Assembly (NCBI GenBank): GCA_019058445.1
Contig: JAHPZA010000004.1
Coordinates: forward strand, 386,184-450,183
DNA length: 64,000 nt
Direction of reading: 5' to 3'
Source of the DNA: Promethearchaeota archaeon
Lineage (GTDB): Archaea > Asgardarchaeota > Lokiarchaeia > Sigyniarchaeales > SOKP01
Position numbers and translations under genes: made by a program. The notes under the pieces were generated by a model. It had not been told where the DNA came from. It saw nothing but the letters and a program-made list of their open reading frames with translations, and made no database searches. This document shows, one piece after another, positions 1-8,211 of the stretch; the stretch's first letter is position 1, and each line of letters begins with the position of its first letter.

Positions 1-268
1 AATAAATTATGAAGCACATTATCCACAATATCTCTTAAAGGAAGTCATAGAGAAAGCAATCGAAGCAAAAGAAATAATCGATGTTGATAGTACTAAACTC
101 TCATGTTTATTGTTTGCTATGATGTATGGCATCGCAGCAGCAGAAACAGGACTTAGCTTAAAAAATCCTATTCAAGAACCTTTATTTGCTCCTGAAGATG
201 CAATTAATCCCCAAGAATTTAGAGAATTTTCCTTAGATTTTATATTTGATATTATCAAAAGGAAATAA
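1..268 (+). CDS. 3' end of a CDS running in from the window edge, probably a TetR/AcrR-family regulator C-terminal domain
   Basis: Frame 2 is open from base 2 (INYEAHYPQYLLKEVIEKAIEAKEIIDVDSTKLSCLLFAMMYGIAA...FIFDIIKRK) to TAA at 266-268. The helical pattern resembles TetR C-termini, and an MFS fragment follows. Confidence 0.5.
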   Translation, partial: INYEAHYPQYLLKEVIEKAIEAKEIIDVDSTKLSCLLFAMMYGIAAAETGLSLKNPIQEPLFAPEDAINPQEFREFSLDFIFDIIKRK

Positions 269-467
269 CTGCTTTATTTATTTCTTTAAATTATTCTTAA
301 GAATACTTAAATTTACCATATAAAAATAAAAACTACTACTCATTTTTAAACTACTTTAGGACAGTAATATTTAAATATGAAGTCACTGATTAGTAATTAT
401 TTTATCATAATTATTAATTATTAGGAAATAATTAAAAATTGATATAAAAATCAGAAAAAATCTTGGT

Positions 468-710
468 TTGAGTGCAAAAATGAATGAAGTAGAATCTGAA
501 ACAAAGTATGAACCATTTAACAATAAACGAATGTTCGCATTTAGCCTTGGAGTACCAATAATAACATTGATGTGGAGCATACGGGCAATGATCCAACTAT
601 ATGCAGAAAAAGGGTTAAAATTGTCTATATTTGCAGTATTAATAATTTTAGCTATTTATGCTATCTGGGATGCTAATTTTTTGAATTTAAAGTCGAAAAT
701 CATCATATAG
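468..710 (+). pseudogene. Truncated N-terminal fragment of a GPH/MelB-type MFS transporter
   Basis: Two TM helices ending in IYAIWDA, where the family motif continues xNDPxxG. The frame drifts into unrelated sequence and stops after 80 aa, overlapping the convergent gene. Confidence 0.55.
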
Positions 711-939
711 TCTCGATGGTTTTAATATCGCGTCCAGTTATTGATTTTTTCTTACCAAGTTCTTTATATGAGACTCGCAATAAGCTATCTACGTAAAATG
801 TAGATGTTTTGTTGCACGATTCATCCTTATGTAATATATAAACAGGAGCAGGATAGAGAGATTGATCAATATCTTCCTTCTCTATTTTAAATACGATTCT
901 TTTATTACAATATGGGCAATAATTATAGCGCGTGGTCAT
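703..939 (-). CDS. Small putative zinc-binding protein
   Basis: CPYC near the N-terminus plus YPAPVYILH...C...FYVD; ATG start. Confidence 0.6.
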   Translation of the reverse strand: MTTRYNYCPYCNKRIVFKIEKEDIDQSLYPAPVYILHKDESCNKTSTFYVDSLLRVSYKELGKKKSITGRDIKTIETI

Positions 940-1047
940 TAATATAAAAATCGTTTATTTTTACATATTAACAAATAAATTATTATTTTTATATTCTTAT
1001 TTCTATAAATAATAAAAGTCAATTTACTTTTTTATCATTGATACTAA

Positions 1048-3231
1048 ATGTTTAAAATTTCTTCTAAAAAGTCCCTCTATTTACTGTTTCTATTGTTTAT
1101 TATATTCCCATCCGTAATTCTTAATTATTCTCTTTTAGAGGGAACTATTCCAAATTCTTCGATTTATATAAATGTTGTAGCAGATAGTGAACCTGATGTA
1201 GATATGAGGGAATTGCCAGATTTTCCTTACGATGAATTAAATGAAATGTGGTATGATCCAAAAATTGAAATGCTTATTATCACACCAGATGGAAGACAAG
1301 ATTTTGTGAATGCTTGCAAACCATTAATGGAGTGGAAGAATGAGAAAGGAGTAAAAACAATTATTTTAAGCAATTTCTCTAGTTACCCGGGAAGAGATGA
1401 TCAAGAGAGAATTCGTAACATGATCAAATCTTATTATGAAGAAGAAAATATTCAATGGGTTCTTCTAGCAGGAGATGCCCAAAGTGATTTAATCCCTATA
1501 AGAGAAGTGCTAAATGATGATGTGGGATTTTGGGGTCAATCGGAAAAAGTGGGGGGTGATAATTATAAACCGACAGATTATTATTATGCTGATTTAACAG
1601 GTACCTGGGATAATAACGGTAATGGTGTATATGGTGAGTCTACATTTAAAACTGGAGGGCAAGATGAGATCGATTGGATCCCTGAAGTCTATGTCGGTCG
1701 TTTACCTGCTAGTAATGCAATTGAACTTAGTGAAATGATTAATAAAACTCTGAAATATGAAACAGATCCATATATTGAGAATTGGATGGGCAATATGCTA
1801 CTTGCTGGTGGTGTTTCAGATGTACCAGGAGAAGATGATGATGTTGATGGTGAGGATGAAGCCCGTTTAACAACATATATCTGGCAACATTATACTCAAT
1901 ATGAAATGAATTTCACTCATCTTTGTAATTATAATGCCGCCTATTATACACCTCCAGGCACTCATTCAGAATTAAATCAAAATAATTTCACTAATTCATT
2001 TAATTCTGGCTATTCCACTGTATTATTTGCAGGTCACGGTGATATTGGAGCATATTCAGATAAGATCGGTGTAAATACTTTTCGCACAATTTATACCTCT
2101 ACCGATGCTAGTGCAAGCAGCAATATAGACATGCCATCATTGATATATGCTGATGCTTGTAGTACCTCCACTTTCGATTATAATGATAATAGCATTGGAG
2201 AGATTTTAATAAAGAGGTCTAATTCAGGAGCTATTGGATATGTTGGTTCCCTGCGAGTCACATGGTATATACCAAATGATTTGGATCTAGAAATTTTGAA
2301 TAGAGCAAACGCAAAATTATTTTGGGAGGAATTTTTTCAAAATAAAAAATTTCAGCAAGGTAAAGCATTATATGACTCAAAAGTTACATATATGAATAGC
2401 GATTATTTTAAAGACGAGCGTGTTAATGCTGAGGACTATGATGAAGCTGAAAGAAAAAATCTATTAACTTATTGTTTATTAGGCGATCCCGAAGTTGATA
2501 TTTATACAGATAAACCTGCGAATGCCTCAAATCCATTCACTCAAGACATTTACGAGGGTCAATTAATAACTACAATAATAAGAAACATTAATGGTAAAGC
2601 GGTTCCTTATGCGAGAGTAAATTTAAAAACAACTGATAAAAAATATCGTACTGTTTATAGTGATATCAATGGTAGAATAAGCTTTCGCCTTCCGGCTCAA
2701 GCGTATGAAAATTATAATGTAACAATAACGGGACACAATTTGATCCCCACTTATTTCAATTTCACGACTTTACCGGATAATAGCAAACCTAACTTTATTG
2801 ATGAAAAATGTACTCCTAAAGATCCTACAGTATCCGATAATATATGTTTCGAAATTGAAGTCGATGACTCTGAATCCGGAATTGAAAATGTGTATTTGTT
2901 ACAATCTAAAGATAAAGACTTCGAAACGTTTAGCTATTATAAGATGGTACATCGTTTCGAAGATAATAAAGATGAGTTTAAATATACGATAAATAAATTA
3001 GATCCGGGGAAATATTACTTTCTAGTCGTTGCGAGAGATTGGGCTAATAATAAAGAAATATTAGAGGATAAGAGTTTTAAAATCTTAATACAAAATCCTA
3101 TTATGGATTATGTACTCGTTACCTCATTAATTATGGTAATAGCTTTATTATGTATATCAATTTTTACAAGTTATAATGGAAGAAAACAATATCAACGCAA
3201 AATCAATAAGTTAAAATTAACTAATAATTAA
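1048..3231 (+). CDS. Membrane-anchored C25-family (gingipain-like) cysteine peptidase
   Basis: N-terminal signal/TM; VLLAGD, TDYYYADL and VGRLP motifs; catalytic His (FAGHG) and Cys (ADACST); LLGDP; C-terminal Ig-like region and TM anchor. Confidence 0.9.
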   Translation: MFKISSKKSLYLLFLLFIIFPSVILNYSLLEGTIPNSSIYINVVADSEPDVDMRELPDFPYDELNEMWYDPKIEMLIITPDGRQDFVNACKPLMEWKNEKGVKTIILSNFSSYPGRDDQERIRNMIKSYYEEENIQWVLLAGDAQSDLIPIREVLNDDVGFWGQSEKVGGDNYKPTDYYYADLTGTWDNNGNGVYGESTFKTGGQDEIDWIPEVYVGRLPASNAIELSEMINKTLKYETDPYIENWMGNMLLAGGVSDVPGEDDDVDGEDEARLTTYIWQHYTQYEMNFTHLCNYNAAYYTPPGTHSELNQNNFTNSFNSGYSTVLFAGHGDIGAYSDKIGVNTFRTIYTSTDASASSNIDMPSLIYADACSTSTFDYNDNSIGEILIKRSNSGAIGYVGSLRVTWYIPNDLDLEILNRANAKLFWEEFFQNKKFQQGKALYDSKVTYMNSDYFKDERVNAEDYDEAERKNLLTYCLLGDPEVDIYTDKPANASNPFTQDIYEGQLITTIIRNINGKAVPYARVNLKTTDKKYRTVYSDINGRISFRLPAQAYENYNVTITGHNLIPTYFNFTTLPDNSKPNFIDEKCTPKDPTVSDNICFEIEVDDSESGIENVYLLQSKDKDFETFSYYKMVHRFEDNKDEFKYTINKLDPGKYYFLVVARDWANNKEILEDKSFKILIQNPIMDYVLVTSLIMVIALLCISIFTSYNGRKQYQRKINKLKLTNN

Positions 3232-3232
3232 T

Positions 3233-3799
3233 TTAACTCGTTTTAGAGGGATTTTTTATTGCTTCTTCTTTTTTTAAATGAATAAGATATTGAATAGATC
3301 TATATGTAGAGAGCCCACCTTGACATATTAAAGCCAAACATATAAAAAGTATTGCGATTAAATCATTGAATATAAACAAAAATAACAGAATTAGAATCCC
3401 AGAGAGAGTAAATGTGAAGATAGATGAGATTTCACCAAAAATTATTTTCCAAGATTTTGATTTCTTTATATGCACCTTCAATTCTTCTTGATATTTCTCC
3501 TCACCAACTTGTTTAACATACCAACTACCTTCTATATTATTGGCGAACAAAAAGAGACTCCAAAAAAAAATAAAAAACGCAAAATAAAAGTCTAAACACC
3601 CAAGAATAATGAGCGGAACTTGGATAATAACAATACCCTTCCAACCAAGTTTTCTGGCAATTTTATTAGTTTCCAGTTTTAATTCTTTAGTAACATATCT
3701 CGTTGAGAGGATGTCAAGAGATCTGCCAAGTATTACAATAAAAGCATTTATGAGATATTGGTACCATTCAGTGGAATGAAATATAAGTTGGAGTATCAT
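3233..3799 (-). CDS. Hypothetical integral membrane protein
   Basis: 188-aa ORF with several hydrophobic helices and a DxxST...ExN motif. Confidence 0.7.
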   Translation of the reverse strand: MILQLIFHSTEWYQYLINAFIVILGRSLDILSTRYVTKELKLETNKIARKLGWKGIVIIQVPLIILGCLDFYFAFFIFFWSLFLFANNIEGSWYVKQVGEEKYQEELKVHIKKSKSWKIIFGEISSIFTFTLSGILILLFLFIFNDLIAILFICLALICQGGLSTYRSIQYLIHLKKEEAIKNPSKTS

Positions 3800-3983
3800 C
3801 TTAACTGATATTCTAATAATGATTTATAAGTTTAATGTTTTTCGTTTTAATCTTTAATTCTTTTAAAAAGAAAGATTCAATATCAAAAATTTAGAAATTA
3901 TCCTCCAAAGTTAATGGAATTAGAGTATTTTTGAATACTTTTGGACTGTATAGATTTAAATAACAAGGTAAATATAGAGAGCT

Positions 3984-5324
3984 GTGAAAGAGAAAAAAGA
4001 TTTGCAATGTAAATATGAGAATTGTACAAATAGGAAGATAGATTACAACGAAAAAAATACTAATTCTAATCTATTGTTTTTGGATATCTTCGAAGATAAG
4101 AAGACTTTAGAAGACTATGTTATTGAACAAATTCAGTATTATTCTAGAACAGGTGAAAGATTATATCAACAAGAAGACATTACGAAAGCACTTAAATTTA
4201 GAATGGCTGATTTCAAGCCTAAAGTAATGAATATAATTAGAAGTATATTTTACACAAAAAAAGAGGATATTATTCAGACTATCTACGATATGACTTTTGG
4301 GAAAGTTAGATTTGCAATTCAGAAATTACGACATTGGGCTTCGCAAAATGGAATGGAAGTATTAACGACATCTCAAGAATGGTTTGATATGGTACTTAAT
4401 AGAGATGAATATCTCAAAACTGGACCTAAAAAGACAACAGAATTTTTAAAAGTTTTAATAAAGTGTGCTCAAGGCCATATTTATGTTAAATATGCAAGGG
4501 AAATTTCAAAGGGATGTAAACATTGTCAACCGTATAGGGTCGGTATTGCATATACTCGTACTTTAGAAGAATACTATGAATATATAAAGGATGTCTGCTC
4601 AGTAAGAGGTTATGAATTAATAACTACGAAAAAAGAGATTATATTAAAATTAAAGAAATCCAGACAGATTAAAGATCGTACTAGTTTTGAAGGTCGTGAT
4701 GAAAATGTTGGGATAGAAGTGAGACATAAAGGATGTAATCATGAATTTAAAATTCGTTTTAAAGCTGTTTTGTATAATCCTGGATGTAAATTCTGTATTT
4801 CACACAAAAAACAAAAAATTGTACAATTAATAATAGAAGAGATGTTAGGAGAAAAATTTGAACCTGAGGTACAAATTCATAGAGTATTTAATAAAGTGAA
4901 GCATAAAGAAGTAAATGATTTCGATTTTAGAGTCAAATTGGATATGTTTAAAAAGGTAGGAATTAGAGATAAAAATGGAAATTTTATTAAATTGGCTATT
5001 GAAAGACATGGCCAACAACATGAGCCCACACTAAAAGGATTCAAAATCTATTTAAAAATAGCTAAACATCCTGATATAAAAAGAGGAAGTAAAATATATA
5101 AAACATTATGGAAGAAGTGGATGAAACAGTTAAACACTGATAAAAAAGAAATAGAGATATTTCAAAAATATAATGAAAATGGTTATTATTTAATTGTAGT
5201 GCATCATAAGATTAAAAATCATCAAGTAGAGCAATTTATTATTAACGAATTGATGAGACAAACAGGCAATAAAATTAGCTATATAGGTATTCAATGGCAA
5301 ACCTTATTTAATAAGATAAAGTAA
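3984..5324 (+). CDS. Zinc-ribbon repeat protein with C-terminal PD-(D/E)XK-like nuclease domain (homing/restriction endonuclease-like)
   Basis: Two C/H zinc-ribbon units (CAQGH...GCKHC; GCNHEF...GCKFC), then LDMF...LAIERHGQQH, resembling LDxY..LAxEYxGxQHY nuclease domains. Very basic. Start uncertain. Confidence 0.6.
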   Translation: MKEKKDLQCKYENCTNRKIDYNEKNTNSNLLFLDIFEDKKTLEDYVIEQIQYYSRTGERLYQQEDITKALKFRMADFKPKVMNIIRSIFYTKKEDIIQTIYDMTFGKVRFAIQKLRHWASQNGMEVLTTSQEWFDMVLNRDEYLKTGPKKTTEFLKVLIKCAQGHIYVKYAREISKGCKHCQPYRVGIAYTRTLEEYYEYIKDVCSVRGYELITTKKEIILKLKKSRQIKDRTSFEGRDENVGIEVRHKGCNHEFKIRFKAVLYNPGCKFCISHKKQKIVQLIIEEMLGEKFEPEVQIHRVFNKVKHKEVNDFDFRVKLDMFKKVGIRDKNGNFIKLAIERHGQQHEPTLKGFKIYLKIAKHPDIKRGSKIYKTLWKKWMKQLNTDKKEIEIFQKYNENGYYLIVVHHKIKNHQVEQFIINELMRQTGNKISYIGIQWQTLFNKIK

Positions 5325-5357
5325 AAAATTTTTAAAAATAGTCATATAACTTAACGT

Positions 5358-5538
5358 TTCCGGGTTCCCGAACCATCCATAAATCAGATGATTTTTCGGA
5401 TGGGACCGGGTACTATCCTCGATAGCCATGACCGTAAGCAAACTTATGCTTGCGTTGCAATACACAACGCAATTTACAGTTTGATAGTTCCCACAGATTG
5501 CAACTGCAGTACTATTATCAACGCGTATCGAGTTTAAC
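5358..5538 (-). rRNA. rrf: 5S rRNA, circularly permuted and intron-containing: 3' half 5538-5474, linker 5473-5438, 5' half 5437-5395, intron 5394-5365, micro-exon 5364-5358
   Basis: The minus strand carries all 5S helices in swapped order: helix I UUACGGU/ACUGUAA; helix II GC-UAUCGAG/CUCGAUA-C-GC; helix III ACCCGG/CCGG-AA-GU; loop C UCCCAUCCGAAC after splicing; loop E UAGUA/GAA; helices UUGAUA/UAUCAA and CUGCAG/CUGUGG. Confidence 0.85.
5365..5394 (-). other. Predicted 30-nt BHB-type intron in 5S rRNA loop C
   Basis: UCCG-AAA-AAUCAUCU(GAUUUAU)GGAUGGUU-CGGG-AAC: 4-bp central helix, two 3-nt bulges, 8-bp intron stem. Removal restores the conserved CCGAAC. Confidence 0.7.
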
Positions 5539-5600
5539 CTTCGGCGTTATGCGAAATGCTTTGTTATATGATTATATTATAAAAAAGAAAAATTATGAAG

Positions 5601-5620
5601 AATAATAAATTTTATCATTT
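5601..5620 (-). promoter_or_regulatory. Possible TATA/BRE promoter of the 5S precursor
   Basis: Minus strand reads GATAAAATTTATTATT about 30 nt upstream of the outer stem. Weak evidence in an AT-rich genome. Confidence 0.3.
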
Positions 5621-5717
5621 TTTAAGAACTTAGATGTCTATGTAATTCATAAATTAATTTTTTATGCGATAAATTATATCATTAAATATCTTAATAAAGC
5701 CAAGTACGGATGATTAG

Positions 5718-6338
5718 ATGCCTAACAAAATTGTAATCTTATTGAAAAGAATTCTAAAATTTTGGTTTATCGCCCTTATCGTAGCTATTCTTATAGTATA
5801 TCTTTACTATCCGAATTATGCAATATGGATGACTGTGATTAGCATAATTCTGATAGTTTTATCATTTATCCCCAGTCTCTATTTTCGTTTTAGATTAGTG
5901 AGGTTTATGAAAGAATATTATAGAATAGATGATAAAACAATTGCAAGATATTTTAAGAAACCACTGAGAAAAATACAAAACAAAATGTTTGCGATGTCTC
6001 AAAAGCAAGAAGGTAAAAGTTGGTGGAAAAGGCTTCTCGAAAGACTTCTAAAAAAGGAGGCTGAACCAACATTAAAGCTAGACAAAAAAAAATGGCTTAT
6101 TATTTTCTTTAATAGACAATATATCTTTTACCACATGGAAACTATTGAAAAAATAAAAGAACTCTTTATAAAGGGCTATAACGACAAAGAAATGTTAGAA
6201 GATCTTAAAGAATTTGAGATAAAAAATAGAGATGAGATTAAAGCAATCATTCAGACGCTACTAAAAAACAAAAGAATTAGTGAGAGGACCACGAGTGTTA
6301 AAGAACGTCAGGAAAAAAAGCGTTTTGAAAATTTATAA
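5718..6338 (+). CDS. Hypothetical protein with two N-terminal TM helices and a basic cytoplasmic domain
   Basis: 206-aa ATG ORF with a hydrophobic N-terminus. Confidence 0.7.
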   Translation: MPNKIVILLKRILKFWFIALIVAILIVYLYYPNYAIWMTVISIILIVLSFIPSLYFRFRLVRFMKEYYRIDDKTIARYFKKPLRKIQNKMFAMSQKQEGKSWWKRLLERLLKKEAEPTLKLDKKKWLIIFFNRQYIFYHMETIEKIKELFIKGYNDKEMLEDLKEFEIKNRDEIKAIIQTLLKNKRISERTTSVKERQEKKRFENL

Positions 6339-6396
6339 AGAAAATAATTGAAAAACATAAAAAAATAAGTGTAGTATTAGTTCTCCATATTTATTA

Positions 6397-6531
6397 TTAT
6401 TTATCTCCAAATTCTATATCAAAGTTATAATACTTCCTTACGGGCTTCTTAACTTTCCAAACATATTGTAATCCTTTTTCAAATTGGACAAGATCTCCTT
6501 TTACAAACTCCATTTTCTCTTCAGTATCAAT
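6397..6531 (-). pseudogene. Orphan 3' half of the DUF861-type cupin gene (homologous to the tail of 13051-13341)
   Basis: Translates IDTEEKMEFVKGDLVQFEKGLQYVWKVKKPVRKYYNFDIEFGDK*, versus PETGEKIEFGKGDLVQFEKGLKCIWKVKKPVRKYYNFDIEFGNI* in the intact gene. No 5' half is present. Confidence 0.85.
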
Positions 6532-6826
6532 TTATATGAAAAACTTTTGTATATTTAGGAGTATCTTTTGCATAATAATTATAGAATGTAAAACGAGGGT
6601 GTATAGTGGGATTAATAGAACCCCCAATGATAAAAGCAATTGGAGTGGGGCCCGCATCGTAGCGTGTAATAGGGCAACCGTAAACTTTTTAGTATCATCT
6701 CTTCTAATGCATGAGGATTATTCTCGCAAAGTAATAGATTATTCAATAAGATATGCTTAAAACAGCTCGAATTTTTTTAGCTTTAAAATTTTACTTATTC
6801 AAAATCAGTAATGGAACTTAGTTTTT

Positions 6827-8140
6827 TTATTCTTTATCTTTTTCTTCATTTAATTCATTAAAATCTTCTTTAGGAATTCGATCAGTTTCAATGCTCAACT
6901 CTTCATAAAGATTTAGAAACTCTTCAGTTGTATAAATCGGGGATTTAAGAATTTCAGATTTTATATATTCATATTCCTGCCCATCTGTAAAAATATATTT
7001 AAGTTTGTCTTCTAATTCTAAGGGTATTTCTGCATATTTCCCTGATAATAATAATGGATGGGATTTACTAGGAATAATTCTAAATGGAAAGTTAGAAAAG
7101 TATTTATCAATTAAGAAATAGGCGGGTTCGTATGCGGACATATCTCTAATGGATTTTTTCAGTTCTCTTCTAAAAAATTGTTGAAATTCATTAGAAAAAT
7201 TAACCAGTGACTCTCTTAATAATTTAGAAGTTTTAGACGCAACTAAGCCTACTGTAACTAATTCTGATTCATACAATATGAGGATCCCCTCTTCCAAATT
7301 AATGTTTACAAGTCCACCGATGTTCATAACCTCTTCACTCATCAGCTGTACCGCATTTATAAAACCTGTAAACATCATTTCATCAATATTAGATTCAGAC
7401 CAATCATGATCAAATAAAGGATATCCTTGTTTATCTTTAATAAGAATTCTATTAATGGTGAAAGGCAAGATATAAAGAAGTTTAGGTTCTTTTAAAATAA
7501 AAACCATAAATATAATCAATCCAAGCGCTAGAGTTATATCTGCTAAAAGGATTAAAGAGGGTATCCAATAGGAAAAAAAGTAAATTGAAAAAGTAATTGG
7601 AACGACAAAAATTATTCCTATCATAAAAAAATTAGCATCCCTTTTGATTAAAAAGGGTGCATTAATCCAGGTTTTTAATCCCCAATAAAAAACAGCACAA
7701 GCCACGTAAAATTGGAAGATATTTCCAACAATAAATAATAAATCTCTCCAAATTATTGTTGGATAGCCATATTCACTACTATGTACAATCATTCCAGGTT
7801 GAAACGTCAAATAAACTAATGGAATTCCTAAGCATAAAATTGGGATTAAATTTATAGAAAGAAAATTTTCTTTCATAGTATAATTAATTCCTATTAAAGT
7901 AAAGAGAGCGGCAAAAAAGATTGTAATGGTGTGAATTTGATTTAATAATATACTGCCAAAAATAAATGAGAAACCTTCCAACAGGAGAAATATTCCCATG
8001 AACATAATACCTAACCTTAAATAAAATAGCGATTTTATTTTTTTAGTCTTTGGTGCAATATAAGTTAATATTGAGGCTGAAAGAATAATTATTGCCACTA
8101 TCAAATCCACTATTGCTTCAGGAGTCCAGTTTAAATTCAT
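6827..8140 (-). CDS. Approximately 7TM membrane protein fused to a cytoplasmic longin-like domain
   Basis: About 7 hydrophobic helices in the first 215 aa, then RILIKDKQGYPLF...MFTGFINAVQLMSEEV...VGLVASK...LRESLVNFSNEF, a longin-type pattern. Confidence 0.7.
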   Translation of the reverse strand: MNLNWTPEAIVDLIVAIIILSASILTYIAPKTKKIKSLFYLRLGIMFMGIFLLLEGFSFIFGSILLNQIHTITIFFAALFTLIGINYTMKENFLSINLIPILCLGIPLVYLTFQPGMIVHSSEYGYPTIIWRDLLFIVGNIFQFYVACAVFYWGLKTWINAPFLIKRDANFFMIGIIFVVPITFSIYFFSYWIPSLILLADITLALGLIIFMVFILKEPKLLYILPFTINRILIKDKQGYPLFDHDWSESNIDEMMFTGFINAVQLMSEEVMNIGGLVNINLEEGILILYESELVTVGLVASKTSKLLRESLVNFSNEFQQFFRRELKKSIRDMSAYEPAYFLIDKYFSNFPFRIIPSKSHPLLLSGKYAEIPLELEDKLKYIFTDGQEYEYIKSEILKSPIYTTEEFLNLYEELSIETDRIPKEDFNELNEEKDKE

Positions 8141-8211
8141 TTCTTTTTCTCATTTTATAATTATTTTTAAAACTCTTATATTTATCATTCAAATTTATTT
8201 AATTGTATTTT

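Larger units (their letters stand above)
5342..5571 (-). repeat. Inverted repeats enclosing the permuted 5S precursor (processing stem)
   Basis: tcatataac (5342-5350) pairs with gttatatga (5563-5571); taacg (5352-5356) pairs with cgtta (5545-5549). Confidence 0.8.

Noticed and set aside
6536-6760. 74-aa plus-strand ORF in a GC-richer intergenic patch with a short CCAAT/ATTGG hairpin
   Set aside because: No recognisable protein or RNA family. It sits at an island junction and is probably decayed sequence. It does not fit a SECIS or tRNA pattern.
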